Virus record (IMG/VR): IMGVR_UViG_3300033463_000077
Source of the DNA: a virus
Lineage: Duplodnaviria; Heunggongvirae; Uroviricota; Caudoviricetes
Length of the DNA: 64,000 bases
Strand: one strand, 5' to 3'
The translations under genes and the position numbers were made by a program. Under the pieces are notes generated by a model. It did no database searches. It was given only the letters and a program-made list of their open reading frames with translations, and was not told where the DNA came from. Below, piece by piece: positions 49,074-56,873 of the stretch. Positions within the stretch are counted from its first letter, which is position 1. The number at the start of each line of letters is the position of its first letter.

Positions 49074-49640
49074 ATGAACATTATATTTTTAGACATGGAT
49101 GGAGTAATAAACTCCGGTGAAATACAAAAAGAATGGGTAAAAAAGAATGGATTCTCTAAAGAATCTAGGGATGCATTTATCAAAAAATATTGTTTGAATA
49201 CAAAATTTCCATTTTATTATATTGTTCCAGAACTTCTAAATAGATTTAATGAAATGTATTCAAAAATTCCAAATTGTAGAGTTGTTTGGTCTTCTTCCTG
49301 GAGATTAACAGCTAAAAAAGAATCAAAATTATTTGTTGAAGGCCTATACTATAAATGCGGTTTTCCTAATGGAAGTTTTATTGGTTATACTTCACATATG
49401 CCACATCTTTTAAGATATAATGAAATAGAAGATTGGATTAAAACATTTAAAGATGTTTATCAAATTGATAAATGTGCAATCATTGATGATCTTTATGAAG
49501 CATCATTAGGAGTTGATGAATTTCTCGGAATACCAATAAAATTTTTTCAGACATCTGGACATCATGGCTTAACGGAAGAAATAGCAAATAATATTGTAAA
49601 GTATTTTGAGGAGATAAATGAAAAAGATGAAAATAAATGA
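49074..49640 (+). CDS. HAD-superfamily phosphatase (5'(3')-nucleotidase / polynucleotide 3'-phosphatase-like)
   Basis: HAD motif I IIFLDMDGVIN at N-terminus; later CAIIDD acidic motif. Confidence 0.6.
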   Translation: MNIIFLDMDGVINSGEIQKEWVKKNGFSKESRDAFIKKYCLNTKFPFYYIVPELLNRFNEMYSKIPNCRVVWSSSWRLTAKKESKLFVEGLYYKCGFPNGSFIGYTSHMPHLLRYNEIEDWIKTFKDVYQIDKCAIIDDLYEASLGVDEFLGIPIKFFQTSGHHGLTEEIANNIVKYFEEINEKDENK

Positions 49641-49845
49641 AGCTCTATTAATCCTATCAAGAATAATTGGTTTATTAAGCTTTTATATTTGTTTGATCAT
49701 TATTATTATTTTGAAAGCATTCTTTAATTATTTTCAAAATATATCATGGTGGTTGATTTTTTCTCCAATTCTTCTTTCTCTTGGAATTGCTATATTTTTA
49801 TTTTTATTCTATATAATTTTATTGATTTTTGAAAAAAGGAGATAA
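49618..49845 (+). CDS. small multi-TM membrane protein (75 aa)
   Basis: ORF overlapping upstream gene by 23 nt; hydrophobic. Confidence 0.4.
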   Translation: MKKMKINEALLILSRIIGLLSFYICLIIIIILKAFFNYFQNISWWLIFSPILLSLGIAIFLFLFYIILLIFEKRR

Positions 49846-49851
49846 TTAAAA

Positions 49852-50274
49852 ATGATTGATAGAGTTCGATTGAATCATTTGAAAAAATATGTTGATTCAT
49901 TAACTATAAAATATGATATGTTCTTTTCAAACCGTCAATATAAAAATGTTCATTTTAAGTCTGAAGAAGAATATTCAATAATTCAAAAAAATTTATCCAC
50001 TGAAATTGAAATAAGTGAAAATGACATAACAAAAATTCTTAAAGATTGGTTTACTCAAAACTTTGAAGGAGTAATTTTTGTTGCATATGATTCTCGCTTT
50101 ATCTGTATGAACTCAAGAATGCAGAGAATTGGAAAAATTCTTCTTAAAAATGCTGGAGATGAGAATCTTCATAAACATATCAAACAAAAATTTAATGATG
50201 ACACAGAATTAGACTTTATTTTAGAATCGTTTGAAGATTTACCGGAAAGCATACAGAAAAAGTTTACTTTCTAA
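49852..50274 (+). CDS. hypothetical protein (140 aa)
   Basis: ORF, RBS AAAAGGAGATAATTAAAA; ends KKFTF* inside next promoter. Confidence 0.5.
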   Translation: MIDRVRLNHLKKYVDSLTIKYDMFFSNRQYKNVHFKSEEEYSIIQKNLSTEIEISENDITKILKDWFTQNFEGVIFVAYDSRFICMNSRMQRIGKILLKNAGDENLHKHIKQKFNDDTELDFILESFEDLPESIQKKFTF

Positions 50275-50303
50275 AATTATAAGTTATATTTGAAATATAC
50301 CAA
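50263..50303 (+). promoter_or_regulatory. promoter motif copy (variant)
   Basis: GTTTACTTTCTAAAATTATAAGTTATATTTGAAATAT. Confidence 0.5.
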
Positions 50304-50328
50304 TGAAAGTAAAAAGAAAGTGTAGGAA

Positions 50329-50715
50329 ATGAAGAAGAGAACTGAAAGAATTGAAGTTATTAAAAGGTTTTATCTTGGCAAAGAAAAACTTGTTCATATC
50401 ACTATCTATGGAAAAAATATTGATAGTGAAGATCCTTCATTTTCTTTTGAAATAAAATTTTCTAATGGAGATTTTTTATCATGGGAAACATGTTCTGAAA
50501 ATCGTGGAGGATTTGAATATGATAGTCAGGAAGACGCTGTTGATGCTGCTTTGGATTTTCTCGTTGATCACGCTTCTTTTCACAAGATTAATCAAAAGGA
50601 CTTGAGAAAAAAAGCTGCTTATGATGCTGATCTGTTGAATGAGTTTGATAAAAATCCTGAAGATAATATTGAAGAAATACCTGAAGATTTCAGGCTTGAT
50701 ATGAAAAACAACTAA
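50329..50715 (+). CDS. hypothetical acidic protein (128 aa)
   Basis: ORF, RBS AGTGTAGGAA. Confidence 0.5.
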   Translation: MKKRTERIEVIKRFYLGKEKLVHITIYGKNIDSEDPSFSFEIKFSNGDFLSWETCSENRGGFEYDSQEDAVDAALDFLVDHASFHKINQKDLRKKAAYDADLLNEFDKNPEDNIEEIPEDFRLDMKNN

Positions 50716-50740
50716 AAACAAAAAATAAAGGAAAAGAAAA

Positions 50741-51211
50741 ATGGGAAAAGGAACTTGCAATTGTAATGGAAACTGTGGAAAGTCCGTGCTTGAAAAGAAA
50801 GGCTTCTACATGGGAGTTATGGATATTGAAGTAAAATCAGGAACGATTGATAATATGCAAGTTATTGATGAATTTAGAATTTTTAATGATAAATTTGTCA
50901 ATTCTCCTGAGCTTGCGCTGCTGCTTGCATTCGATGAAAAAAATGAACGATGGAAGACTGATCCGAAAAACATTCTTAAAGATGTAACATATGATCCTGT
51001 TGAAAAGGAATGGAAGAGAACAATTCTTGAAACTACCAATGGTCATACGCCTTCTGAAAAACAGCGTAAGAAATGGGAACGTGGAGAATATGTTCTGAAT
51101 CTTATCACCGAGTATGTTCAGATCATGGAAACCAATCTTGTTGGAAATGATAAACTTGTTCAGAAGGCAATCTCCAATTGGCGAGAAAAAACTTCTAACG
51201 TTAAAGCTTAA
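50741..51211 (+). CDS. hypothetical protein (156 aa)
   Basis: ORF, RBS AAGGAAAAGAAAA; convergent terminator 51234-51278. Confidence 0.5.
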   Translation: MGKGTCNCNGNCGKSVLEKKGFYMGVMDIEVKSGTIDNMQVIDEFRIFNDKFVNSPELALLLAFDEKNERWKTDPKNILKDVTYDPVEKEWKRTILETTNGHTPSEKQRKKWERGEYVLNLITEYVQIMETNLVGNDKLVQKAISNWREKTSNVKA

Positions 51212-51233
51212 CCATAATTTCAATTATTATAAT

Positions 51234-51278
51234 AACAAAGGTTTGGTACTTTTGCTTAAGTGAGCAAAAGGCCTTTGT
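51234..51278. terminator. bidirectional terminator between convergent genes
   Basis: nested stems AACAAAGG/CCTTTGTT and CTTTTGC/GCAAAAG + T-run. Confidence 0.5.
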
Positions 51279-51283
51279 TATTT

Positions 51284-51661
51284 TTAAAGAATGATACGAA
51301 GTTGACCCGTTGTTTCAAGATGAGGAATTTTTTCTGATTTCCATGAGTTCAATAAAATAAGTTCATATCTTTTTGAAAATTTAGGAAGAATTCTTCCGGT
51401 AAATACTGAAGACATTTTTGTAATATAAATGATTACAGATGTTTCCTTTTTGATAACATTAAGATCAAGCTTTTCTACAAGTAACTTTATAAATTCTTGA
51501 GCAATAAATGTATCATGTCCAATTCCTCTGAAGAATTTCTTTGATGTGAAAAGATCAATATTATTATATGTTCCTTGGAAATCTTTGTCAATATACTTTG
51601 GATTGACACTATAAGCTTCCATAATAATATCATTTAATTCTTGATTAAACTGATTTAACAT
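51284..51661 (-). CDS. hypothetical protein (125 aa), minus strand within plus arm, no SD
   Basis: clean ORF flanked by bidirectional terminator; weak -10-like TATTTAT directly upstream of ATG (possibly leaderless). Confidence 0.4.
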   Translation of the reverse strand: MLNQFNQELNDIIMEAYSVNPKYIDKDFQGTYNNIDLFTSKKFFRGIGHDTFIAQEFIKLLVEKLDLNVIKKETSVIIYITKMSSVFTGRILPKFSKRYELILLNSWKSEKIPHLETTGQLRIIL

Positions 51662-51691
51662 ATAAATACCATAAAATTTATCTTATACAAA

Positions 51692-51730
51692 GTTTATTTA
51701 TTTCAAAAAGATGTTATATTCTAATATGAA
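51692..51730 (+). promoter_or_regulatory. promoter motif copy (variant)
   Basis: GTTTATTTATTTCAAAAAGATGTTATATTCTAATAT. Confidence 0.45.
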
Positions 51731-51755
51731 GAATTTGAAATAAGAAAGGATAACG

Positions 51756-52124
51756 ATGTCGCAACCTGGTTTGAATAGACTGAAGTATGAACTTATTCCG
51801 AGAATGAAAAGGAAATGTCTTCAGGATCGTGGAATGACTTATCGAATTGCAGCAGTTGCTTTTACTAAAAAAGGCAACTTTATTGATATTCGATACAATA
51901 ATCATCGTATGTACATGTCCCATAGAAAAGGAGCTGGGCTTCATGCTGAACAAGATTTGATTCATCTTTATGGGAATAAAATTGATACGATTTATATTTT
52001 GAGAGTTGGAGGAACTGGAAATTATCTTCCTATCCATCCATGCAAAACCTGTGCCGAAATTGCAAGAAAAAGAGGAATAAAAATTATTCCCCTTCATGAG
52101 GAAATTGATTTGATAAAGGAATAA
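51756..52124 (+). CDS. CMP/dCMP-type deaminase zinc-binding family protein (cytidine/deoxycytidylate or tRNA-adenosine deaminase-like)
   Basis: HAEQDLI (H[AC]E) and PCKTCAEI (PCxxC) zinc-ligand motifs with correct spacing. Confidence 0.6.
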   Translation: MSQPGLNRLKYELIPRMKRKCLQDRGMTYRIAAVAFTKKGNFIDIRYNNHRMYMSHRKGAGLHAEQDLIHLYGNKIDTIYILRVGGTGNYLPIHPCKTCAEIARKRGIKIIPLHEEIDLIKE

Positions 52125-52128
52125 AATT

Positions 52129-52362
52129 ATGGATTTACCAATAATTTATTGGATTGTTCTTGGAAGTTATCTTATTGGAGCTTTGATCTTTTTAGCAATC
52201 ATTGAAAGAAAATTTAACAAAGATGGAAACAAAGATACTTTTATTAGAAAACAACAAGCTGATTCTGGTATGATTATTTGTTCCATACTTTGGCTTCCAC
52301 TTATTCTTATTATTTTTTCATACATATTTACCAAAAGAATTTTTGGAGGAAATGAAAAATGA
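52129..52362 (+). CDS. small membrane protein (77 aa)
   Basis: two TM segments. Confidence 0.45.
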   Translation: MDLPIIYWIVLGSYLIGALIFLAIIERKFNKDGNKDTFIRKQQADSGMIICSILWLPLILIIFSYIFTKRIFGGNEK

Positions 52363-52607
52363 ATCTTATGTGTCAGAAATGTGGAAATCATGTTAAAGAA
52401 ACTATGACTACCATCAGTGTAAAATCTGAACTTGGTTTTACAATTCCTGCAACTGTTTATGAATGTGAACATTGCCATGAAGAACATATTCTTTGTCCTG
52501 AATGTGAAGGAGAAGGATGGGTGAACATTATTGATCCTCATGATTGTCCTCTTTGTAGTGGTATGGGAGTTATTTCTCTTAAACAAATTATGAAAGTGAT
52601 GAATTAA
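52359..52607 (+). CDS. Cys-rich zinc-finger protein (82 aa)
   Basis: CQKCG..., CEHCHEEHILCPEC, CPLCSG pairs. Confidence 0.5.
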   Translation: MNLMCQKCGNHVKETMTTISVKSELGFTIPATVYECEHCHEEHILCPECEGEGWVNIIDPHDCPLCSGMGVISLKQIMKVMN

Positions 52608-52608
52608 A

Positions 52609-53016
52609 ATGAATTTGATTTTAATCATTGGAGTTCCTGGCTCAGGAAAAACCACATTAGCAAAAAAGCTTCAGAAAGAAAGACTTGAAGATTATAAAAT
52701 TTTTGAAGCTGATATGTTCTTTGAAAGAAACGGAAAATATGATTGGAATCCTAAACTTTTGGGAGCCGCTCATAAATGGTGTTATAATCAAGTTGAAAAT
52801 GCTTTGAAAAATGGGGAGTCAGTAATTGTTTCCAATACATCTTTAATTCCTCGTGACAGAAAACCTTATATTGAACTTGCAAAGAAATATGGAGCAAATA
52901 TTGAAGTATTCACTTGTGAAGGAAATTATCAAAATGTTCACAATGTGCCTAATGAAACAATCGAAAGAATGAAGCAAAAATTTGTCCCTTACTCAAAAAA
53001 TGAGGAAAATTTTTGA
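52609..53016 (+). CDS. P-loop polynucleotide 5'-kinase-like protein (T4 Pnk kinase-domain-like)
   Basis: Walker A IIGVPGSGKTT resembles T4 Pnk ILTIGCPGSGKST; GESVIVSNTSLIPRDRKPYIELAKKYGANIEVF resembles Pnk VKGVIISDTNLNPERR..FAKEYGWKVEHKVF. Confidence 0.6.
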   Translation: MNLILIIGVPGSGKTTLAKKLQKERLEDYKIFEADMFFERNGKYDWNPKLLGAAHKWCYNQVENALKNGESVIVSNTSLIPRDRKPYIELAKKYGANIEVFTCEGNYQNVHNVPNETIERMKQKFVPYSKNEENF

Positions 53017-53025
53017 AAAAATTCA

Positions 53026-53068
53026 AATTCCGGTTTACATTTTCAAAAAAGAAGTTATTTTTGAAATA
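53026..53068 (+). promoter_or_regulatory. promoter motif copy (variant)
   Basis: GGTTTACATTTTCAAAAAAGAAGTTATTTTTGAAATAT. Confidence 0.45.
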
Positions 53069-53114
53069 TAGATTGAAAGCCTTAAAAATGAAACAAAATA
53101 AGGAGATTATTAAA

Positions 53115-53450
53115 ATGGCTGAAGTTGAATCAATGAAAGAGTCAAATGTTGGTGGAGTTTCTCAGGGTATTATCGAAAAGGTCAAGAAGACTAAAAATAC
53201 TTCAATCAAGAATCTGACAGTAAAGGTCTATCATGGTGATAAGACTTCTGAAAATGTGATCAAGAATATGTGTCAGGTTTGGAAGTTTATCAAAAGTCAC
53301 TATACAGAACCAGCCAACATGAAAGATGAAATCAAGGTCTTTTTCAATGGTGAGATTATGAAAGATATTCACGCGGAGAAGAAGCATTCCGGAAAGGTCT
53401 GGATGGTGGACAAAATGCAGGTTGGTAAAAATACTGTCAAGAAGTCCTGA
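53115..53450 (+). CDS. hypothetical protein (111 aa)
   Basis: track ORF trimmed to MAEVESMKES after RBS AAGGAGATTATTAAA. Confidence 0.5.
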   Translation: MAEVESMKESNVGGVSQGIIEKVKKTKNTSIKNLTVKVYHGDKTSENVIKNMCQVWKFIKSHYTEPANMKDEIKVFFNGEIMKDIHAEKKHSGKVWMVDKMQVGKNTVKKS

Positions 53451-54258
53451 AGCGAACCAGAAGAGAACTAGATATAGTAGAAGGAGGATCGTAAAAAATC
53501 TTCCTTCTTTTGTTGTAAAAATAAGTAGTAAAGATATGAGTAAAAATAATTCAATGTTTGATGACATAAACAAAGAACCTTCATTTCTAACAAAATGCTG
53601 GTGGAAGATTAGTAATTTTTTTGATAACTGGATTTATCCTGCACATTTTCTAAAAAACTTTTTATTTCATAATTACAATAAGGTAAAACTTCCAATGTTC
53701 AAACCTTATGAATACCTTGATATTTCAGTAAGGATGGAATTTGCAGTTTTTGAATTGATTAAAGAATTCATAGAAAAGGAACAACCTGAAAAATACATTT
53801 GTTGGTATAAAGATGAAAAAGGAGAAGACCTTGGTCATAAATATGGAGACTATGAAGGCTCAAAAATTCTTTTTCAATCTTTAAAAGGCAAATATGTTAT
53901 GGATATCATTAAAGACATTTATAATTTCTACACAAAGGTTTTGCCTGAAATGGAAAAAGAAAAAGACTATCTTTTGAGTGTGTGGAGCAAATACATTTTT
54001 AATGGACATTATGTTCCTGATAAAGATAATAAAGATTTAGTTGAATGGGTTACTGATAAAACCAATTATACTTTAAAAGACTTGGAAAAAGAAAATTTGA
54101 ATTGGGATATTATTTTGAAATATATTGAAAAGAAAGAAAATTTCTTTAATGATCATCTCCTCCATTCAAAAATTCATGAACAGGAAAAATTGATCAACAA
54201 TCAGATTAAATACTATCTTCATTTAGCCATTGAAGTTCGTGAATATCTTTGGACTTGA
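53422..54258 (+). CDS. hypothetical protein (278 aa; alternative start MSKNNS at ~53536)
   Basis: long ORF; start ambiguous (overlaps upstream gene by 29 nt or begins at internal ATG). Confidence 0.5.
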   Translation: MVKILSRSPEANQKRTRYSRRRIVKNLPSFVVKISSKDMSKNNSMFDDINKEPSFLTKCWWKISNFFDNWIYPAHFLKNFLFHNYNKVKLPMFKPYEYLDISVRMEFAVFELIKEFIEKEQPEKYICWYKDEKGEDLGHKYGDYEGSKILFQSLKGKYVMDIIKDIYNFYTKVLPEMEKEKDYLLSVWSKYIFNGHYVPDKDNKDLVEWVTDKTNYTLKDLEKENLNWDIILKYIEKKENFFNDHLLHSKIHEQEKLINNQIKYYLHLAIEVREYLWT

Positions 54259-54329
54259 CCGCCTCCGGCTCCAGAAAAATTTGAGAAAATTTTCACAATA
54301 ATAAAAGCTCCAATTATAGTAAATCTGAG

Positions 54330-54368
54330 CTCACATGCTGGCAAGCATGTTATCATATATTATTTTTT
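54330..54368 (+). terminator. hairpin ACATGCT-GGCA-AGCATGT followed by T-rich run
   Basis: seen directly. Confidence 0.4.
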
Positions 54369-54424
54369 CCATTATTATTGTGTTACTTTTTTCAAGCAGA
54401 TTAGAAGTTATAATAGCAAGAGTG

Positions 54425-54527
54425 AGGTTCTGTCAAGTCGCTTTGACCAAAAAATACACTTGGGCTTGGTCAAAATTGTGTGAAAATTTGACCAAAATAT
54501 TGACCAATTCTTTGACCAAAATTTATG
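54425..54527. promoter_or_regulatory. cluster of five TTGACCAAAAT iterons (four direct, one inverted) immediately upstream of promoter 54528-54568
   Basis: seen directly: TTTGACCAAAAAATAC, TTGGTCAAAATTG (inverted), TTTGACCAAAATATTGACCAATTCTTTGACCAAAATTT. Confidence 0.5.
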
Positions 54528-54568
54528 AGTTTACTTTTTGAAATGAAGTGTTATATTTTTAATAAATT
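54528..54568 (+). promoter_or_regulatory. conserved early promoter motif copy (preceded by iterons)
   Basis: motif match. Confidence 0.6.
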
Positions 54569-54594
54569 TTAAGAAAAGAAAGGATGAAAGTAAA

Positions 54595-54987
54595 ATGATT
54601 GTTGATGAGACTGCTGCCTATATTCTTAAGCTTGAAAATCGGATCAAAAACCTTGAAGAGCAGGCAAAAATACATGAAAAACAAATCAAAAATCTTCTTG
54701 GAGAACCTGAAGAAGTAATTGAACAAAAACAAAAGCCTGAAGAACCTATGAAAGACTTTGTATTGATGGAACGATTTGTTGAAGAGAAAGGTTGTGATAG
54801 GTGGGGAAGTTGGGGTGAAGAATACTTTATTCCATATCAATCAAAAGATGGACACGCTTTTTCTTTCAACACTCTTGAAGAAGCTCAAGAATATGTTTAT
54901 GGCCATGCCGATGAATTTGAAAAGAAGGTTTATTGTCAGAACCTTGCAAATGGAAGAAAAACAAAATTGAAAAAGTTTAAGAAGTAA
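54595..54987 (+). CDS. hypothetical protein (130 aa)
   Basis: ORF, RBS AAAGGATGAAAGTAAA; promoter 54528-54568 preceded by iterons. Confidence 0.5.
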   Translation: MIVDETAAYILKLENRIKNLEEQAKIHEKQIKNLLGEPEEVIEQKQKPEEPMKDFVLMERFVEEKGCDRWGSWGEEYFIPYQSKDGHAFSFNTLEEAQEYVYGHADEFEKKVYCQNLANGRKTKLKKFKK

Positions 54988-54989
54988 AA

Positions 54990-55030
54990 AGTTTACTTCA
55001 AGAAATATACTGTTAAATTAAAATAAACAA
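54990..55030 (+). promoter_or_regulatory. promoter motif copy (variant)
   Basis: partial motif match. Confidence 0.45.
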
Positions 55031-55052
55031 ACATTGAAGGAGAAAATAAATT

Positions 55053-55382
55053 ATGGGAATGTCAGCTGAAAATGATAATGTGAGTTTTGCAGAACAGCAG
55101 GAAAATTTGAAGCGAGAGGCTGCAAGAAAGGCCGCGGAGAAGAAAGTTCCGTGTTATTCAGTTCTTGGTTCCATTTATTTGAAAGACAAATGTTATCAGC
55201 TTCTTGTTGGTGAAGATAAGAAGTGGTATAAAGCTGAATGGCTGAGAAGTGAAAGAATTGATGAAAAGAATCGTTCTCCGCTGGTTGATGTTTATTCAGA
55301 TGAAATCACTCCACTTACTAAAGAAGAATTTGATTATTATTTTCATGGGAAAGATGTTGTAAAAAAGAAAAAGAAGGGTTAA
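55053..55382 (+). CDS. hypothetical protein (109 aa)
   Basis: ORF, RBS GAAGGAGAAAATAAATT. Confidence 0.5.
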   Translation: MGMSAENDNVSFAEQQENLKREAARKAAEKKVPCYSVLGSIYLKDKCYQLLVGEDKKWYKAEWLRSERIDEKNRSPLVDVYSDEITPLTKEEFDYYFHGKDVVKKKKKG

Positions 55383-55399
55383 AATTATAAATATACAAG

Positions 55400-55730
55400 A
55401 AGAGAAATCTTCGTGCTGATTGAAAACTGTTTATTGGTTATTTTGTAATTGAAATTGTTATCCTATAACAGATACCAATTTTAGATGTTCTCAATTTTCC
55501 ATACTTTGCAAATACCGGAAGATGAGCCTTAAAGCAAAGGTTTCCTAAAGTTGGGTAAAAGGTTTCCCTCGGTTTTGAAAATCGGGTAAAGCTAGCAAAT
55601 TTTGAAATATTTGTTATAGATGAGCACCTCTTAATCGCGGAGAACAAATTAGGAGTTTTTATTTTGTCCTATTATCCTCACTGATGAACAGTTTTCCGGT
55701 CCCAGTTGATTGCAACACTGGGACTTTTTT
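55400..55730 (+). ncRNA. ORF-free transcription unit (~320 nt), GCUGAUUGAAAA-leader family
   Basis: leader motif at 55414-55425; no ORF; terminator GGUCCCAGU..ACUGGGAC + U6 at 55698-55730. Confidence 0.4.
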
Positions 55731-55739
55731 AGTAAAAAG

Positions 55740-55780
55740 GGTTTACTTCATATAAAAGAATGTTACATTATAATATTCAG
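55740..55780 (+). promoter_or_regulatory. promoter motif copy (variant)
   Basis: GGTTTACTTCATATAAAAGAATGTTACATTATAATAT. Confidence 0.45.
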
Positions 55781-55808
55781 TTTAATCTTTAATTAGAAAA
55801 AGGAAAAC

Positions 55809-56345
55809 ATGCAGATTTATTTCAAAAGCAAAGATGGATTTGTTGATGAGCCTTTTAGCTTCAGCAAATACGGAAACAAAAAATTTCAAGTTGTTGGAGA
55901 TCATTACAACACTGGAACAAATCGCTTTGGATATGAAGCGGTAAAGCAGGCGAATGAAGAGAGCGGATTGGATGTTCTGCTTTTAAATGATAAATCTGAA
56001 GTATTCATAATTAAATTTCTTGACATTCAGAAGTTCCTTTATGAACAGAAAAAGGCAAGGAAGGAACAGGAAAAGAAACAGAAAGCTTCTCAGCAAAAAC
56101 TGAAAGAAATTAAATTTCATATGAATATTGCTGAGAATGATTTGAAGACCAAAGTTGAACATGTCAAAAAGTTTCTTGAAGAAAATTGCAAAGTTAAAGT
56201 TGTTCTTGAACTTCGTGGAAGAGAAGTTGGAATGAAAGATTATGCAAAAGAAGTTTGGGAAAATATAATTTCAAATTTTGCTGAATATCAAATCAGTGAA
56301 AAGAAAGAAATGGGAAATTCATATTTTGTGTTTATCACGAAGTAA
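55809..56345 (+). CDS. translation initiation factor IF-3 homologue (full length, 178 aa)
   Basis: C-domain KEIKFHMNIAENDLKTKVEHVKKFLEENCKVKVVLELRGREVGMKDYAKEV aligns with bacterial IF3 [51 protein letters not shown]; N-domain LDVLLLNDKSEVFIIKFLDIQKFLYEQKK resembles [29 protein letters not shown]. Confidence 0.65.
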   Translation: MQIYFKSKDGFVDEPFSFSKYGNKKFQVVGDHYNTGTNRFGYEAVKQANEESGLDVLLLNDKSEVFIIKFLDIQKFLYEQKKARKEQEKKQKASQQKLKEIKFHMNIAENDLKTKVEHVKKFLEENCKVKVVLELRGREVGMKDYAKEVWENIISNFAEYQISEKKEMGNSYFVFITK

Positions 56346-56460
56346 AAAGAATTATTTTAATAATAAATTTTTGGTAACTCAATGCATTACCTAAGTTCGG
56401 ATTGGAATAAGCCGATTGCCTGAAATGGTTGTAATGTATTAGGCATAAACTGAGTTATAT

Positions 56461-56538
56461 ACTCCGGTAGCTCAGTTGGTTATGAGCAAATGCCTTATAA
56501 GCATTGGGTCGGTGGTTCAAATCCACCCCGGAGTACCA
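56461..56538 (+). tRNA. tRNA-Ile (anticodon TAT)
   Basis: manual cloverleaf: acceptor ACUCCGG/CCGGAGU, anticodon stem AAUGC/GCAUU, loop CUUAUAA, T GGUGG-UUCAAAU-CCACC, CCA encoded. Confidence 0.75.
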
Positions 56539-56544
56539 GGATTT

Positions 56545-56582
56545 TTCAAAGGTGATTGTAGGAATACTTTCACCTTTTTTAT
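56545..56582 (+). terminator. rho-independent terminator after tRNA-Ile
   Basis: AAAGGUGA..UCACCUUU + UUUUAUUUAC. Confidence 0.55.
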
Positions 56583-56619
56583 TTACTTTTCAAATTTTTC
56601 TGTTATATTAGAAATATAC
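56582..56619 (+). promoter_or_regulatory. conserved early promoter motif copy
   Basis: motif match. Confidence 0.55.
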
Positions 56620-56636
56620 GGAAAGGAAATCTAGAT

Positions 56637-56870
56637 ATGGACATTAAAGAATTCATTAAGAAATATAATCTTTCAGAAGAAGCTGAGGCTGATCTGAATT
56701 CAATTCTTGAAAAATGGGGAAATGATAATTTTGAATTTTTGAAAATTTTGATAAAAGATTTTGAATTCAGATCAAAATTAACTAAACCTCAAAAATTTGT
56801 TAATTGTAATGGTTGGCTTTTTGAAATGCCTGACGATATTGAAGCTTTTGAAAAATTAAAAGGAGAATAA
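56637..56870 (+). CDS. hypothetical protein (77 aa)
   Basis: ORF, RBS AAAGGAAATCTAGAT. Confidence 0.5.
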   Translation: MDIKEFIKKYNLSEEAEADLNSILEKWGNDNFEFLKILIKDFEFRSKLTKPQKFVNCNGWLFEMPDDIEAFEKLKGE

Positions 56871-56873
56871 ATC

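Noticed and set aside
54335-54541. Track ORF 54335..54541 (68 aa)
   Set aside because: Spans terminator hairpin and iteron array and ends inside promoter motif (..EFTF); no RBS.
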